A DNA stretch of 64,000 nucleotides from Octopus bimaculoides (taxonomy: Eukaryota). Under the pieces are notes generated by a model. The model was not told where the DNA came from. It ran no database searches and saw nothing but the letters and a program-made list of their open reading frames with translations. The stretch spans positions 56,334,238-56,398,237 of the forward strand of contig NC_068991.1 of NCBI RefSeq assembly GCF_001194135.2. The letters are read 5' to 3'. This document shows positions 1 to 14,060 of the stretch, piece by piece. The position numbers and the translations under genes were made by a program. Position 1 is the stretch's first letter, and each line of letters opens with the position of its first letter.

Positions 1-276
1 ACACATGTATTCATATATACATGTACATGCATATACACATTTATATATACAAATACTTAAATATGTGTGTGTATATCTATCTATATATATGTATACATAT
101 ATATATATAAACCTGCATATATACATGCATATATATACATGTATACATTTATTAACATACACGAATATATAAACATGTATATATACATATATATTTATAT
201 ATACACACACATAAACATATGCACAAACATATATACACACATGCACAAACATATACACACACACATATCAACACAA

Positions 277-329
<53 letters not shown>

Positions 330-731
330 NNNNNNNNNNNNNNNNNNNNNNNNNNNNNNNNNNNNNNNNNNNNNNNNNNNNNNNNNNNNNNNNNNNNNNN
401 NNNNNNNNNNNNNNNNNNNNNNNNNNNNNNNNNNNNNNNNNNNNNNNNNNNNNNNNNNNNNNNNNNNNNNNNNNNNNNNNNNNNNNNNNNNNNNNNNNNN
501 NNNNNNNNNNNNNNNNNNNNNNNNNNNNNNNNNNNNNNNNNNNNNNNNNNNNNNNNNNNNNNNNNNNNNNNNNNNNNNNNNNNNNNNNNNNNNNNNNNNN
601 NNNNNNNNNNNNNNNNNNNNNNNNNNNNNNNNNNNNNNNNNNNNNNNNNNNNNNNNNNNNNNNNNNNNNNNNNNNNNNNNNNNNNNNNNNNNNNNNNNNN
701 NNNNNNNNNNNNNNNNNNNNNNNNNNNNNNN

Positions 732-794
<63 letters not shown>

Positions 795-926
795 AATATA
801 TACACAAAATAAATATATATATACATACACATATATATATATATATACACACACAAACATTTATATATACATACATACAAACAGTTATATATACATACAC
901 ACGTGTATATATGTACACACACAAAC

Positions 927-958
<32 letters not shown>

Positions 959-1764
959 ACATATATATATATACACACAAACATATAACTACAGATAACT
1001 GCCCACCCCACTCGACTTTGGATGATCATAACTTTCAGAAAAATGGATATTTTTTAATGAAATTTTCTCTCTATATGTATGTGTACTTTAATACTATTCC
1101 TGGTAATATGTGGTTTTATATATTTATTTATAAAACCATATAGCCAGATAAATTTGTAGACCAAAAACACTCCAAACTAATCACCGGACACTATTTTTTC
1201 CTGTATCTCCATTCTAAAATAAAAACTACTACTTTTGCGTCGGTTAAAGCAGTTGAGAAGAGATCGTGTATGAGTGAAATTTGTGTGAGCTACTGGGGGA
1301 GGGTGAACTAGGTTTGACCCAGAATTGTGAGTCGCGGCATACAAGTAATAAGGTACAACGAGATGGGTGGAGAGTGAGTGCATGAATGAGAGAACGAGGG
1401 GATAAGGGAATCTAATCTAATATGAGAGATAGGGGCCAACAAGAAGTAAATATTAACTGCTACAAGTGATACAAATAATGGAGATATGATTGTATGTACG
1501 ACTCTCTATATGTATATACACACACACACATATATATATATACATATATATATTGAGTGTATATATGCATGTACGTATCATATGGAGTAACCCAGGTCAA
1601 GTTAAAAAAGAAGTGACAAAAGTAAATAGTGAACAATAATATGAAGGGAAATAACAAACTCAAGCTTACATTGCTCCTCATCAACAATATTCATACAACT
1701 CTCATTTCTTGTTAGGACGTGTGATATTTAGAACAGACAGGCACTGCCTATGTGGGAACTATAT

Positions 1765-2699
1765 ATATAAATTTATATATATACATATATATATGTATGT
1801 ATGTATGTATGTATATTCATATATATGTACATGTATATATATTTATATATATATATATATACATATGTATATATATAGATATATATATATATATGTGTGT
1901 ATATATTTATATATCGATATATATATATATATATGTATATATATAGATATATATATGTGTACATATATATATCGATGTATATATATATATGTGTATATAT
2001 ATATATATGTGTGTGTGTATATATAGATATATGTGTGTGTGTATATATAGATATATATAGATATATATGTGTGTATATATATAGATATATATGTGTGTAT
2101 ATATATATAGATATNNNNNNNNNNNNNNNNNNNNNNNNNNNNNNNNNNNNNNNNNNNNNNNNNNNNNNNNNNNNNNNNNNNNNNNNNNNNNNNNNNNNNN
2201 NNNNNNNNNNNNNNNNNNNNNNNNNNNNNNNNNNNNNNNNNNNNNNNNNNNNNNNNNNNNNNNNNNNNNNNNNNNNNNNNNNNNNNNNNNNNNNNNNNNN
2301 NNNNNNNNNNNNNNNNNNNNNNNNNNNNNNNNNNNNNNNNNNNNNNNNNNNNNNNNNNNNNNNNNNNNNNNNNNNNNNNNNNNNNNNNNNNNNNNNNNNN
2401 NNNNNNNNNNNNNNNNNNNNNNNNNNNNNNNNNNNNNNNNNNNNNNNNNNNNNNNNNNNNNNNNNNNNNNNNNNNNNNNNNNNNNNNNNNNNNNNNNNNN
2501 NNNNNNNNNNNNNNNNNNNNNNNNNNNNNNNNNNNNNNNNNNNNNNNNNNNNNNNNNNNNNNNNNNNNNNNNNNNNNNNNNNNNNNNNNNNNNNNNNNNN
2601 NNNNNNNNNNNNNNNNNNNNNNNNNNNNNNNNNNNNNNNNNNNNNNNNNNNNNNNNNNNNNNNNNNNNNNNNNNNNNNTATATATATATATATATATAC

Positions 2700-2743
<44 letters not shown>

Positions 2744-2830
2744 AAAACGAAATATATATATATTATATAAATATATATTATATATATATATAAATCATCA
2801 TAAATATATGTATCTATATATTCTCAAGCA
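1765..2830. repeat. Compound (TA)/(TG)/(TAGA) microsatellite field around an N-gap, representative of dozens of such tracts
   Basis: Directly visible di- and tetranucleotide arrays. Similar fields at 1-980, 5230-5570, 8710-9150, 12310-12750, 15430-16840, 17310-17610, 22200-22730, 29640-29850 and 53770-54400. Confidence 0.95.
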
Positions 2831-3425
2831 TCTATGAAGGAACTGTCACTACATATATATAGTTCTTTCTTAGGTGCTTGTGAATATATACATGGCTATT
2901 TTTGATGATTTACATAAAATCTTTGTGTGAATATAATTTATTATAAACTAAATAATAATCAGAAAGCTGAAGTGCAGATCAAATATAAATAGTGCGAGTG
3001 CTTAATTGGCAAAAGATGACCATCCCCAAATATAACAATAATTTATTACATAAATGCGTATAGTATAATAGAATATGTTCATGTAAATATATGGTGAGTG
3101 CGTATAATGTAAACGCAAAATTTCTGTGTATATGTATATATATATATATATATATATTATGCGTATATATACGTCTCTCTATATGAGAGAGAGGACTGAG
3201 TGTATAAATTTATACATACGCACGCACACACACACATATATATACACCATATACACATAAATAATATAGTTACATATTGTAAGCATATTATACGTATATA
3301 TTTTAAGTATAGGTGTGTACAAATATATGACACTTGTGTATATAACCATGTATAAGGTTTTATATATTAAAAACTTAAACGCGCCACTATATACACATGT
3401 GCGTATCCACTTATTTACATATATA

Positions 3426-3467
<42 letters not shown>

Positions 3468-3758
3468 CTATATATNNNNNNNNNNTTAAAACTAGTTTAT
3501 AACTATATCTGTACACGCAGACAAGTAAGCATGTGTGTGTGTGAATGTGTGTTTATCTATCTATTGTAAACATTTCGAAGTATTCTTTTCGCATACAATT
3601 ACGTTTCGGAAGGTAAAAAGTGTTACAGTTCTAGTCTGGTGTTGGAGCATCTAATTTTATAAACAAAAAGAGGGATACACGGTACATTTGTACATTTCAC
3701 AGTATATAAGGGGAAAGGCATTTCTCTAAAACTAAGGAAGAAATCAACAATCCCAATG

Positions 3759-3804
<46 letters not shown>

Positions 3805-4354
3805 CATATATATATCCAGGGATATCGAGTTAGTCTCAGAGAGGCAATATAATCCGTTTTAGATAATATTCTGTTTTAATCTATAAACAAAAAAAGATAT
3901 ACTTCTCAATATTCTATAAATAGCCGACTTAGTAACCAACATTAAACATTAGTAAATCATTTAAAATTTGTTGCTCAATATAAAATTGAGTGACAGAAGG
4001 CAAAATAATAATAATAATAATAATGTGTATGATGACTGACTTATGAGATATTCCTTAGAGCAATATGAATGCGTTCTGAAGCAATAATTTGGCCGAAAGA
4101 AGATGCATTGACATGGAATGAACGGCTAAATCAGTTACGTGAGAGGTTGGAACTGCTGACACCGTATCTCTGCAGTGCACTGGACAAATGCAGAGATGCA
4201 TGAGGGACTCATATACATCATAAATTGAGATTTCATGTGATAGTAAATAATAACCACCAGGTCTTTTTACGCACACAAACGAAACGATGTGGCAACACAC
4301 ACACACGCATTATATACCATCATCATAGTGTATGTCTATATGCATATCTGACAG

Positions 4355-4402
<48 letters not shown>

Positions 4403-4990
4403 TATATGTGAGTGTGTGTGTGTTTATAAGTATTTATGTATCATGTTACACCACGAAATAAGCCTTACAAGACGGTGGTATTAATTACACAGCTGTACAG
4501 ATAGCAATACTTGACCAAGAGGGATAAATCATCAAAACTACAAATATGATGATTATCTTTTCCATAATCAAACAGTTTATTGTAAGATCTACTTGATAAT
4601 GCTAACTCTGAAATAAACCAGCAGTATAACACAACGTAGAGCTTCATCAGGATAACTAATTTAGTAAAAGCATCAATAACGATGATGATGGTGGTGGTGG
4701 TGGTGGTGGTAGTAGTAGTAGTGATAAAAATCGAAATGAAATGCTAATGTTTAATAAAAGGTCCTCTCTAGCAAAATAATGCATCGTCTGAAATGATTTA
4801 ACTGTTTGTCAGTCTAGGTGGACTGTGCAGCTATGTCCGTGTTGGCATACACACACAATATACACGTGTGTGTGTGTGATGTGTATATGTGAAGGTTAAC
4901 AAGCATTTACTAAGTTAATTACACATTAAACTATATCATGTCTACACACACACACACATACAAATATAGCTTCTAGAGGGATTTATTTGC

Positions 4991-5023
<33 letters not shown>

Positions 5024-5259
5024 AGATTAATAATCAGTGATAATGCAATGTTTTGAGGGAAGTCTGTATCACCCACAAATACTGAATTCAAGTTTAAACA
5101 GAAGAGAACATTATAAACTTAAATGATTTATCCCACTTAGATAAAATAATAATAATATCTGTAATAAGGGGCGTTAAACAAAGATGTTTACCATAGTGAT
5201 GATATTGACAGTGAAAAAATTGATACATAGACATATATGTGTATATACATATATTTATG

Positions 5260-5306
<47 letters not shown>

Positions 5307-5732
5307 GTATATGTATATATATTTGTATGTGCGTATATACATATATTTGTGTATGCATATATATATTTGTATGTGTGTGTATATACATATATTTGTGTAT
5401 GCATATATTTGTATGCGTGTGTATATACATGTATTTGTGTATGCATATATATATTTGTATGTGTGTGTATATATATATATTATATATAGATATATTATAT
5501 ATGTATGTATATATATATATATTATATATCGATATATTATATATGTATGTATATATATATATATATATGGTGAGTTTGTGTCATTAAAGCTAATTAATAT
5601 AACACTAACACGATTAGGGAAGTGTCAAATAATTGATTACATTGAAGTGATAATGGGATGTTTTTAAACGATGCAATATAAACAATGGGTGCATAAACTG
5701 ATAAAAAAAGAAGATAAAGGAAGAATACTTAC

Positions 5733-6031
5733 AAGAATTCAACCCAGGAAGGGAGATCTGGTGGGACATGTTGAAATCCCTGTTTACTACAGTCGACGAA
5801 AGATCCTAAACAGTTGCATTTAGATGGACACTGGTTATGTGCAGTCCTAGCAACATACGGTGTAGACATGCTGGATGATGTTTTTTTAGACTTGGTCGTG
5901 TTGTTCTTCAACATCTCCGAACCTTTGGCAGTTGCAGAAGATCCAGTCTGTATAGATAGGATCAAGGAAAACACCAAAAGAAAGACCAACAAGGGGCGAC
6001 CCATAACTGCCACCACCGCCGCCGCCGCCAT
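5733..6031 (-). CDS. LRIG: First coding exon of a leucine-rich repeats and immunoglobulin-like domains protein (LRIG1/3-like); partial gene
   Basis: The ATG at 6031 is followed by a hydrophobic signal peptide (LLVFLLVFSLILSIQTGSSA). Next is an LRRNT cap, CPSKCNCLGSFVDCSKQGFQHVPPDLPSWVEFL, matching the LRIG pattern C-x-CLG-x-x-DCS...LPSWV. The exon ends TT|gtaagt (donor at 5732-5727, phase 2), where LRIG exon 1 typically ends. Confidence 0.85.
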
Positions 6032-6410
6032 GTTGGTTGAGTGTCAACAGCAGCAGCAGCAAAAGGTAGAAATGGCAAGTGATAGTGGGAGGTTAGATTA
6101 TAGACGTGGTGGGAGGAGGAAAACGGCGATAGTGGTGAAGAAATAAAGCAAGGAATTTATACATATATGTAATATAATAATGATATATATATATATTATG
6201 TATTTGTTTAGAGAAACAGGGGGTTAAAATATAATTTAAATATATTAGTCGATTGGATAGAAACCACAATAATAATAATAATGATGATGAGAACAGAAGA
6301 GGAGGTAGGGGAGCTGTGGTGAGAGTAAAGTTTACAACTGGAGTGGGAGTGAGAAAAAAATAGTAGGAAAGGCATGAAATAAACAAGTGCGAGATGGTGG
6401 TAAGGATCGA

Positions 6411-6454
<44 letters not shown>

Positions 6455-7859
6455 GTATAAATATATATATATTAGGAAGAGTGATTATAATGAGAGGGTG
6501 AAGAAGTGAGTGAGTACGAAGCTGAGCAGTTAAAAACAATCTTGTATAATAGTGATGGCCATCTAACTATAGCTATGTCACTATATTTATATACAGAATA
6601 TCCATGAAAATGTTGTCTCTGTAAAAGGAATAAGAGTTTTCTTTTGGCCAGTAAGTTCCTACATAACAGAGTCTGTTCGTACAGTGTACTTAGCAGACCC
6701 TTTAGGAAGAGATTGCGGCGGGGACCGCAATGGTTGGTTGCTGTGGCCAGGGTCTTCGTAGTTGTAAAGGTCCGTGTCAGTGCTGGTCTATCACTTATCT
6801 CTTTGTGAATCACCATGGTACATGTCCTCGTGGGTCATAGATAGACATTTTGCTGGTTTTTTCTCGAGCGATACGTTTTACAATTGACTTGAGAAATGTA
6901 TAAATAATTGTGTTTCTTAGTTAACTGATAATGGCGGTTGATTTTCAGCTTGTGATCGTGACAGGATGGCCGGCCAGTAAGAGTTGTATGTCTAACTCTT
7001 CTCACTCTCTCTCTCTCTCTCATATACTGAACATAGAGAGGAGGGAGTGCGAGTGGTGGTGGTAGCGGCGGCAGCGCACTGGGTTGCTAGATGTGATGTG
7101 TGTTGGAAGCCCAGGACTTAATGTTGAGAAGTTGCTGGGGATAGTGACAGTAGTCATAACAGTTGGGGTAGCATTCACACACTCACTTCTCTTGCTCCGA
7201 CTGCCCCTCTCACAAGGAGGAAGGACACTACTGTTTTTGTGTATAGAATAGTGTGGGGGAGTAGTCAGAGAGAGAAATGAGAGAAATACAGGTTATTACA
7301 CACGGAGGAAATAAAGAGAGATAGAATAAGTGATTAGGTGGTGTGAGCACCGGGCAGAGACTAATAGAGAGGTGGAGAGAAATACACGAATGTTATTAGA
7401 GAGAGTTGATTTGAAAACAGTTCGGTGATGAGGAAGGTGAAGGGTAGATTAAATAAGGGAAGCTATTCAGCAGGGGACATAAAAAAGAATGATGACCGCT
7501 AAATCAGGGAGCTACGTTCGGTGTAATTTAGCGCTCCCTGGTTAATAAAAGAAAAGCATCCAAATACATAGTGTGTAGAATATATAAAATAAATTGCGTT
7601 CTATGAAGTGATGAAAGTCTGCAGAGTTAAATATGTTATGTCTGAATTTGAAGACATATATGGAATTATATAAAAAATGTCCAGAAAGGTGAATAATAAT
7701 GACACGCTAAATAAGGACTAAAGAGCGTGCATGTTGCTGCAGCTTGCAGGACTGCACACTGTAAACTGGCCAAGTTCGACATCCGACAGTAATTCAGGGC
7801 CGTCATTCATACTCCTCCCTCTCCTCCCACTACGGTGCCACTTTACCAAACACCAACAG

Positions 7860-7890
7860 TCATTGGTCCTTCAACGTCACATGACATATT
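7860..7890. promoter_or_regulatory. Candidate promoter motifs upstream of LRIG
   Basis: Near-palindrome GTCACATGAC (7876-7885, E-box/CLEAR-like) and ATTGG (reverse CCAAT, 7862-7866) in a repeat-free stretch 1.8 kb upstream of the ATG. Motif evidence only. Confidence 0.25.
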
Positions 7891-8708
7891 CTACCGACTA
7901 AAATTGTGCCGAACTTAAGGAGAGGGGTACTTTTAGTTTTTAACTAACTCTTTGGATTTTTTTTCTTCAACTTTTATTTTTAAATTAGCAACACTAAAAA
8001 TCGAAAAAAAAAACAACAACAGAACAAATAGTAATAAATTGAGAAGACACACAGGAGAAATAAAGAACGACTTGGAATCATCCACTTTACCAAAAAACTT
8101 TTTCCATGCAAAAAAAAAGAAGACAAAAATTTTAAGTTCCAATGTGACATATACTTAGAAAAGACCTAAGAATGGCATTTAAATCTATCTTTTCATATAA
8201 TTTCTGGATAAAAGAAAAGTTGCAATTTTCTCTTCATCAGTGTGTGTGTTTCTTTTTAATTTGTGAAAGATTTTACTTAATAAATATAGAAATTTTGTAA
8301 ATTATTCAATACACAGGTGAACTACAGAAAACCTGATCCTTCACTTTAAAACATTTGAATTATTTTCTGTATTCTTCATTAAGAAATAAAGTTCTATCAA
8401 TATATTAACTGGTGTTAGGAATGGTGTTCTTCAAATATCCCATTTTTCTTTATTTTGATACTTTTTCCAAAATTCAGGAAGTGAAAGAACAAAATATTGT
8501 TCAGTTTAGGCAAAATGGATACCTATTACAAACTTACAAACTCATTGATGTTAATGAGAATAAAGAAACAAAAAACACAAGTTTGGACATTACTGAAGAA
8601 AGATAGGTAAATATAAAATTAGGAGGAATACAAGGAAGGTAAATTTTATGGTTTTTCTCCATTTATAGTGTGAACATTTAACATATGTTTATACATATAC
8701 TTACAACC

Positions 8709-8775
<67 letters not shown>

Positions 8776-8866
8776 CATCTATCCATTATCTATCTATCTA
8801 TCTATCTATCTATTATCTGTCTCTCTATCTCTCTCCTCTCTCTCTCTACCTCTCTCTCTCTCTCTC

Positions 8867-8898
<32 letters not shown>

Positions 8899-8908
8899 NN
8901 NNNNNNNN

Positions 8909-8939
<31 letters not shown>

Positions 8940-9347
8940 ATATATATATACATACATATCTGTATGTATGAGATATATACATATATATATAATATCTATG
9001 CATGCATGTGTGCACACACACACTCAAGCATTCACACAGAGACACCTACATACACATGCACACATACACACACATGTGAATGCATGCATCAATATATCAT
9101 GCATAAAACATGCATGTATGTATGTGTATATATATATGTGTGTGCGTGTGTGTGAAGTTATTGATGTTGATATATAATTACGTCGGCACTACTGTAGAGT
9201 TTTACATGCAAACTATTTTGAAGGGATGCATAGGTATGCAGGCAAGTAAAGATTAAAATAGCAATAAGGACAAATCACTAGGATTTCTTATTGATGTTGT
9301 ACGGAGGTGAACATTCACACACGCATAAACAAGTGTAAGTATATAAG

Positions 9348-9407
<60 letters not shown>

Positions 9408-9448
9408 GGTATACNNNNNNNNNNGTATACATAAGTGTGTGTATATAA

Positions 9449-9479
<31 letters not shown>

Positions 9480-9901
9480 CAAACACACACATGCACACAC
9501 ATACATACAAACACACATGTATGCAAAGATACAGATGTATCCGTGCATGTACATACATATAGATATATGTATGCGTGCTCAGTATGCATGTATGAATGTA
9601 TGTATCTATCTATCTATCTATTAATCCATCTATCTGTCTTCCCAATACATAAGTATATACATATATTCATACACATACACACATTTACAGGTATTCGCTT
9701 TATCGTTCAATTAAACCCATTTGCCTGTACAAGCATTATTTCATTGTATAGTATGCATATACTTTATACTATATACATACATGCATACATACACACACAC
9801 ACACACACTCGCATACAAACATACACATGCATACGTATATATGCACACATGCATTTGTATATTAATGTTCACACTACTGAATAGATATATGCATTTAAAA
9901 A

Positions 9902-9943
<42 letters not shown>

Positions 9944-10169
9944 NNNNNNNNNNNNNNNNNNNNNNNNNNNNNNNNNNNNNNNNNNNNNNNNNNNNNNNNN
10001 NNNNNNNNNNNNNNNNNNNNNNNNNNNNNNNNNNNNNNNNNNNCGTATGTAGTGTGAAAATGGGACATATGTATATACATACATATATCACACATGATTA
10101 CATGACCGACCAGGCTATCGGATGTTGTTACATATCGCCGGTCAGAATGTGCTTTTATATTGTTTTAGC

Positions 10170-10262
10170 TTTCAAACGACGCCACCCTACTGGTTAGGCG
10201 AGTAGGCCAGCAATCCCACCTCCTGACCGAAGGAAGACTGAACACAACGCGCCACCCTGTCA
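10170..10262 (+). mobile_element. Fragment of RTE-type LINE 5' UTR
   Basis: Shares CCAGCAATCCCACC and its context with the minus-strand segment at ~35800-35830. Confidence 0.35.
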
Positions 10263-10265
10263 TAC

Positions 10266-10369
<104 letters not shown>

Positions 10370-10429
10370 CAAAAAATATATATGCATGTATACACACATA
10401 TATGTATATACTTTCATCTACATGTGTAT

Positions 10430-10730
10430 ATAGATGCATATCAGGGTACAGGACGTTAGAACAATGAACTACAGACAACGGAACGAACACATAGGAAAAC
10501 AGAAAGCCACTTGGAATTATTCATCAGCTGCCGCTATTCTAACTCGACGTTTCGAAGATAAGGCAGGACGTACTCTAGAATAGTCTCTTCCTGAGTAGTG
10601 GATCAACCAACTAAACAGAGGATTCCAAGGTGGCAAACGTAAACCAAGACAGGAAAAATGGACAGTGAAAAGGCATAGATAATGTGGTTAACGTATTTAT
10701 CTATTTGTGGATCTTTTAGCAGAGAACTTT
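10430..10730 (-). mobile_element. Penelope-like element relic with degenerate hammerhead motif
   Basis: Minus strand reads ACTC-AGGAAGA...CTTC-GAAA-C-GTC-GAGT (stem I ACUC/GAGU, damaged core), with a further CTGATGA downstream. Confidence 0.4.
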
Positions 10731-10801
10731 AGAAGCATTTTACTCGGACTGATAATCTCTCTCCCTCTCTTCCTCTCTTCCTGATATATATATATATATA
10801 T

Positions 10802-11460
10802 CAGTGGCGACTCCGGAACCCGGGTTGTTCGGGCTTAGCCCGAGTATAAGTTTAGTGAACGTGTATTTGCAAGCTGATTTAATTTCTACCAATACTGACT
10901 TCAGGTATGTAATTGCAGCCATTAACTCGGGCTCCTTTTATTGAGCCCGGTCATAGTTCATTTATTTTCGTTCAGCGTCTGGTGGTCGTCTTAGAGGTGC
11001 CCTGTGTCAAAAAATATCCTTCGTGGCAGACGTTCTTTCGACATCGTTCACACGTGCCTGACTCGGGAAGAAGTTACATCCCGAGTTGTTATCTGTAATC
11101 GTAAAAATTAAAAATAATTCAAATTCAATGTTTTCTTGAAACAATAACAATCTATAGAGATTAGGATTTAAATTCCAATCTATGAAAAGTTTCCGTTTTA
11201 AAATATTCTTAAAAGAAAGAAAAATTTTCCAGCAACTCGTGCTAATACGAAAGAGTCTGGTAGGTGTAAAAGACTAACTGGCATCTCTTGTCAAGCGTAC
11301 AGGCGACAGTCAGATAGCTGATGTTTGTTGTACACCCCGCTGTCGTTATTTGATTGCTGTTATTCTGTGCGTCTGTGTGTAAAGATCAGTTGTGTTTTGC
11401 AGGATTGCTTTATTTTTACCTTTAACTTAGAAATGGAGAAAGACATAGTGCTAGATCTAT
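10802..11460 (+). mobile_element. Left end of a hAT (Tip100-like) DNA transposon, copy 1
   Basis: Begins CAGTGGCGAC right after (TA)n, carries many CTCGGG/CCCGAG subterminal motifs, and aligns over ~640 bp with 43303-43948. It runs into ATG GAG AAA GAC ATA GTG CTA GAT CTA (MEKDIVLDL). Confidence 0.6.
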
Positions 11461-12664
11461 ATAAAAAAAGAGGTATTTGGGCTAGAAATATTGCGAAAAA
11501 TCATGAAATTCTTCGAGCAGGCATGTGTCTTATGCGAAATCTGGTTTGACGAAATGGTTTGACGAAGCTTGTCTCCGATATAGAAAGCAATGAACAAAAT
11601 ATTCAGTGATGTGAATAGCCACTTTGCTGCATATGAATGTATAGTTCACAATTTCCTGTATAGGAGGCGATAGTATAATTCAACCCTAACAGCCAGTGCC
11701 TACACTGACCTTGAATTATCTGCTCTCATTACTTTTGTCTGTGACCTAGTCCCTCTTCTTCACTTTTCTTGGTTCATTCGTCTCTATTGTTCTCATTATT
11801 CCTGTAGCTACCAATAGCTCTTCGATTAACTCACGTCTTGCATTTAGCATATCTATCCGACCCCATCTCTCTTCCAGATCTTCTCCTACAATTCTCGTAA
11901 CTACAATTCTCGCAACACCACCTGACACTCTCAGGTATCGATTCTGATGTCAAAAACACCCAAAGTTTTGCCGAAAAACTATCGCAGTTAGTTTTCTCTC
12001 ATATTCATATTTTTGGCTGTCACGCTAACTCTCCAAATATGTTTGATGTTTTCTTTATCCCAAAGCTAACCTTCACATCATCATCACAGTCTATGCACAC
12101 TTAAAATCGGTTAATCGGGCTCTAATGCTTCCCACCGAGAACCAGTTCCAAGCACACCCTCTGTTCTTTAAAGTTCTCTACAAACTTTGCATAAATGATT
12201 ATAACCATTTTCCTCAAGTAAGCTATCTCGAAAGTGGCACTCCCGTGTATAGTGACATCACATTTTCTGCTTGCTTTGCCTCCAATATCATTCTGTACAC
12301 GTGCGCAAGTACCCTCACACATACTTACACACACACTTACACACACACACGTACTTACACACACACATACAAACACTCATTCACACTTACACAAACATTC
12401 ATATACGCATACACGCAAACACATAAACACTGACACACGCATACACAGACAAACACTTACGCGCATGCACACACGCCCACACAACACACTCACTCATACA
12501 CATTAACATATACACACACATCACACTCACAAATAACCACTCACTCACACTCACTCACACACACTCACGCATACATACGCACAAACACACAAATATACAT
12601 ACTCTCACGCAGACACTCACCTCTCTCACTCTTAAACACACACTTACATACACACACACACACA

Positions 12665-12756
<92 letters not shown>

Positions 12757-13079
12757 CTTCTTTCCACGCAAATACACATTCACAAAGCATCACTTTCCCC
12801 GCAACACCAAAGACCTTCATCACCTCTTGAACAGAGACCACAAGTATGAAAATCTTTGCGGTCCCTTCGGCCGGCAACCAATGGACCCTGCAAGTAAACA
12901 CTGGCATTACAGGCATCTAACTGTATTCTCCAGCTAACTCGCTCACCCTGGTCTTTTTTCTGTTTGATGATCTATCTCCATCACCTGAAATCACATAACG
13001 AGTCTCATTTCGCCAAACAGTAGCTTCTCAACTGCGTTATGAACCTGCCACGTCACTTCTAAATATATAAGAAATAAAG

Positions 13080-13440
13080 TCAACGACGGAGCCTCTACAT
13101 ACTTGTTCAACATGCTGAAAATAGATGCCAAATCTCCCTCAAATCATACATTTAAACCAACGAGGTAACCTCTGCATAATTGCTTTATCTGCTAAAAATA
13201 GAAGCCAAAATCTCCCTCAAACCACGTAATAAAGTCAACGATGTAGTCTCTACATAATTGCTTCATCTGCTAAAAATAGGAGCCAAAATCTCCTTCAAAT
13301 CACGCACCGCTGTTTTGTGAAAAGAAACGCTGGATAATGTGATGCTGGACTGCAAGTACAAGACGAGATAGTTGAATGCCTGATATTATAGGACTACCCA
13401 ACCAGGGCTGACCAGGGTTTAAACAACAACAACAGCAAAA
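13080..13440. mobile_element. Unclassified interspersed repeat with an internally triplicated motif
   Basis: TGCTRAAAATAGRNGCCAAA(A)TCTCCYTCAAA occurs three times. Related motif at ~24025-24050 and reverse-complement matches at ~47255-47280, ~54730-54765 and ~57555-57590. Confidence 0.55.
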
Positions 13441-13834
13441 ACAATAACAAAAACATATCAGAGATACTCGAGGCAGTTATAAGCAACCACTTCTCTTTTC
13501 TGATTTTATATTCATACAAAGATCACATACACAGAATTATTTAATCTCTTAGTCGGATATTTATAATCTCTCCATCATACATCTACGTTTTGATCATCAT
13601 TGAGAACTTCGAACTTCGACGACGATAATTTTATTGCCTTTGGCATGACAATCACCAACTAAAATTACCTCACTTATTGGTACCATCCATTTAGATTGTT
13701 TTGGATTAGAAGTCTCCTATTAGACCTCTCAATCATAACAGGTACCGATAACCCTTCTCAGATTTACGTTCCATTAACTTATTTTAATAACCTAATCCTG
13801 AACAGTAATAAAACATATAGTCCATACGTATATC

Positions 13835-14060
13835 TTTTTATCTTTTGTCTTTTACTTGTCTCAGTCACTAGACTGCGGCCATCCTGGGGCACCGCCTTGA
13901 TGAGTCTTTTTTTCAAACTGATCGATCCCAGAGTTTACTTTCGGTTTCTAAGTGGTATTTATTCAACCGCTCTCTTTCGTCGAACAGTCAAGGTACGGGG
14001 TTGTTAAGCGGTGAGAGGGGACAACCACAAAGACACACACACACACACGCACGCACACGC
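13835..14060 (-). mobile_element. CORE-type tRNA-derived SINE (family A), 3' half
   Basis: Family-A tail TTTTACTTGT(T/C)TCAGTCA..GACTGCGGCCAT.CTGGGGCACCGCC. An opposite-orientation fragment lies at ~14160-14290. Confidence 0.75.

Noticed and set aside
4469-4600. Possible LRIG exon 2 (a 69-bp phase-2 block ending TT|gtaagg, with SYNKL upstream)
   Set aside because: The 69-bp block (FDDLSLLVKYCYLYSCVINTTVL) lacks the LxLxxNxL pattern, and no acceptor gives a correctly phased LRR.
8195-8245. CTGATGA...GAAA on the minus strand; also CTGATGA at ~4648 (-) and ~25845 (+)
   Set aside because: No valid stem I/III or cleavage triplet geometry.
11746-11928. 60-aa protein-like minus-strand ORF (MSGGVARIVV...)
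   Set aside because: No recognisable domain or splice sites; likely the antisense of pyrimidine-rich or decayed repeat DNA.
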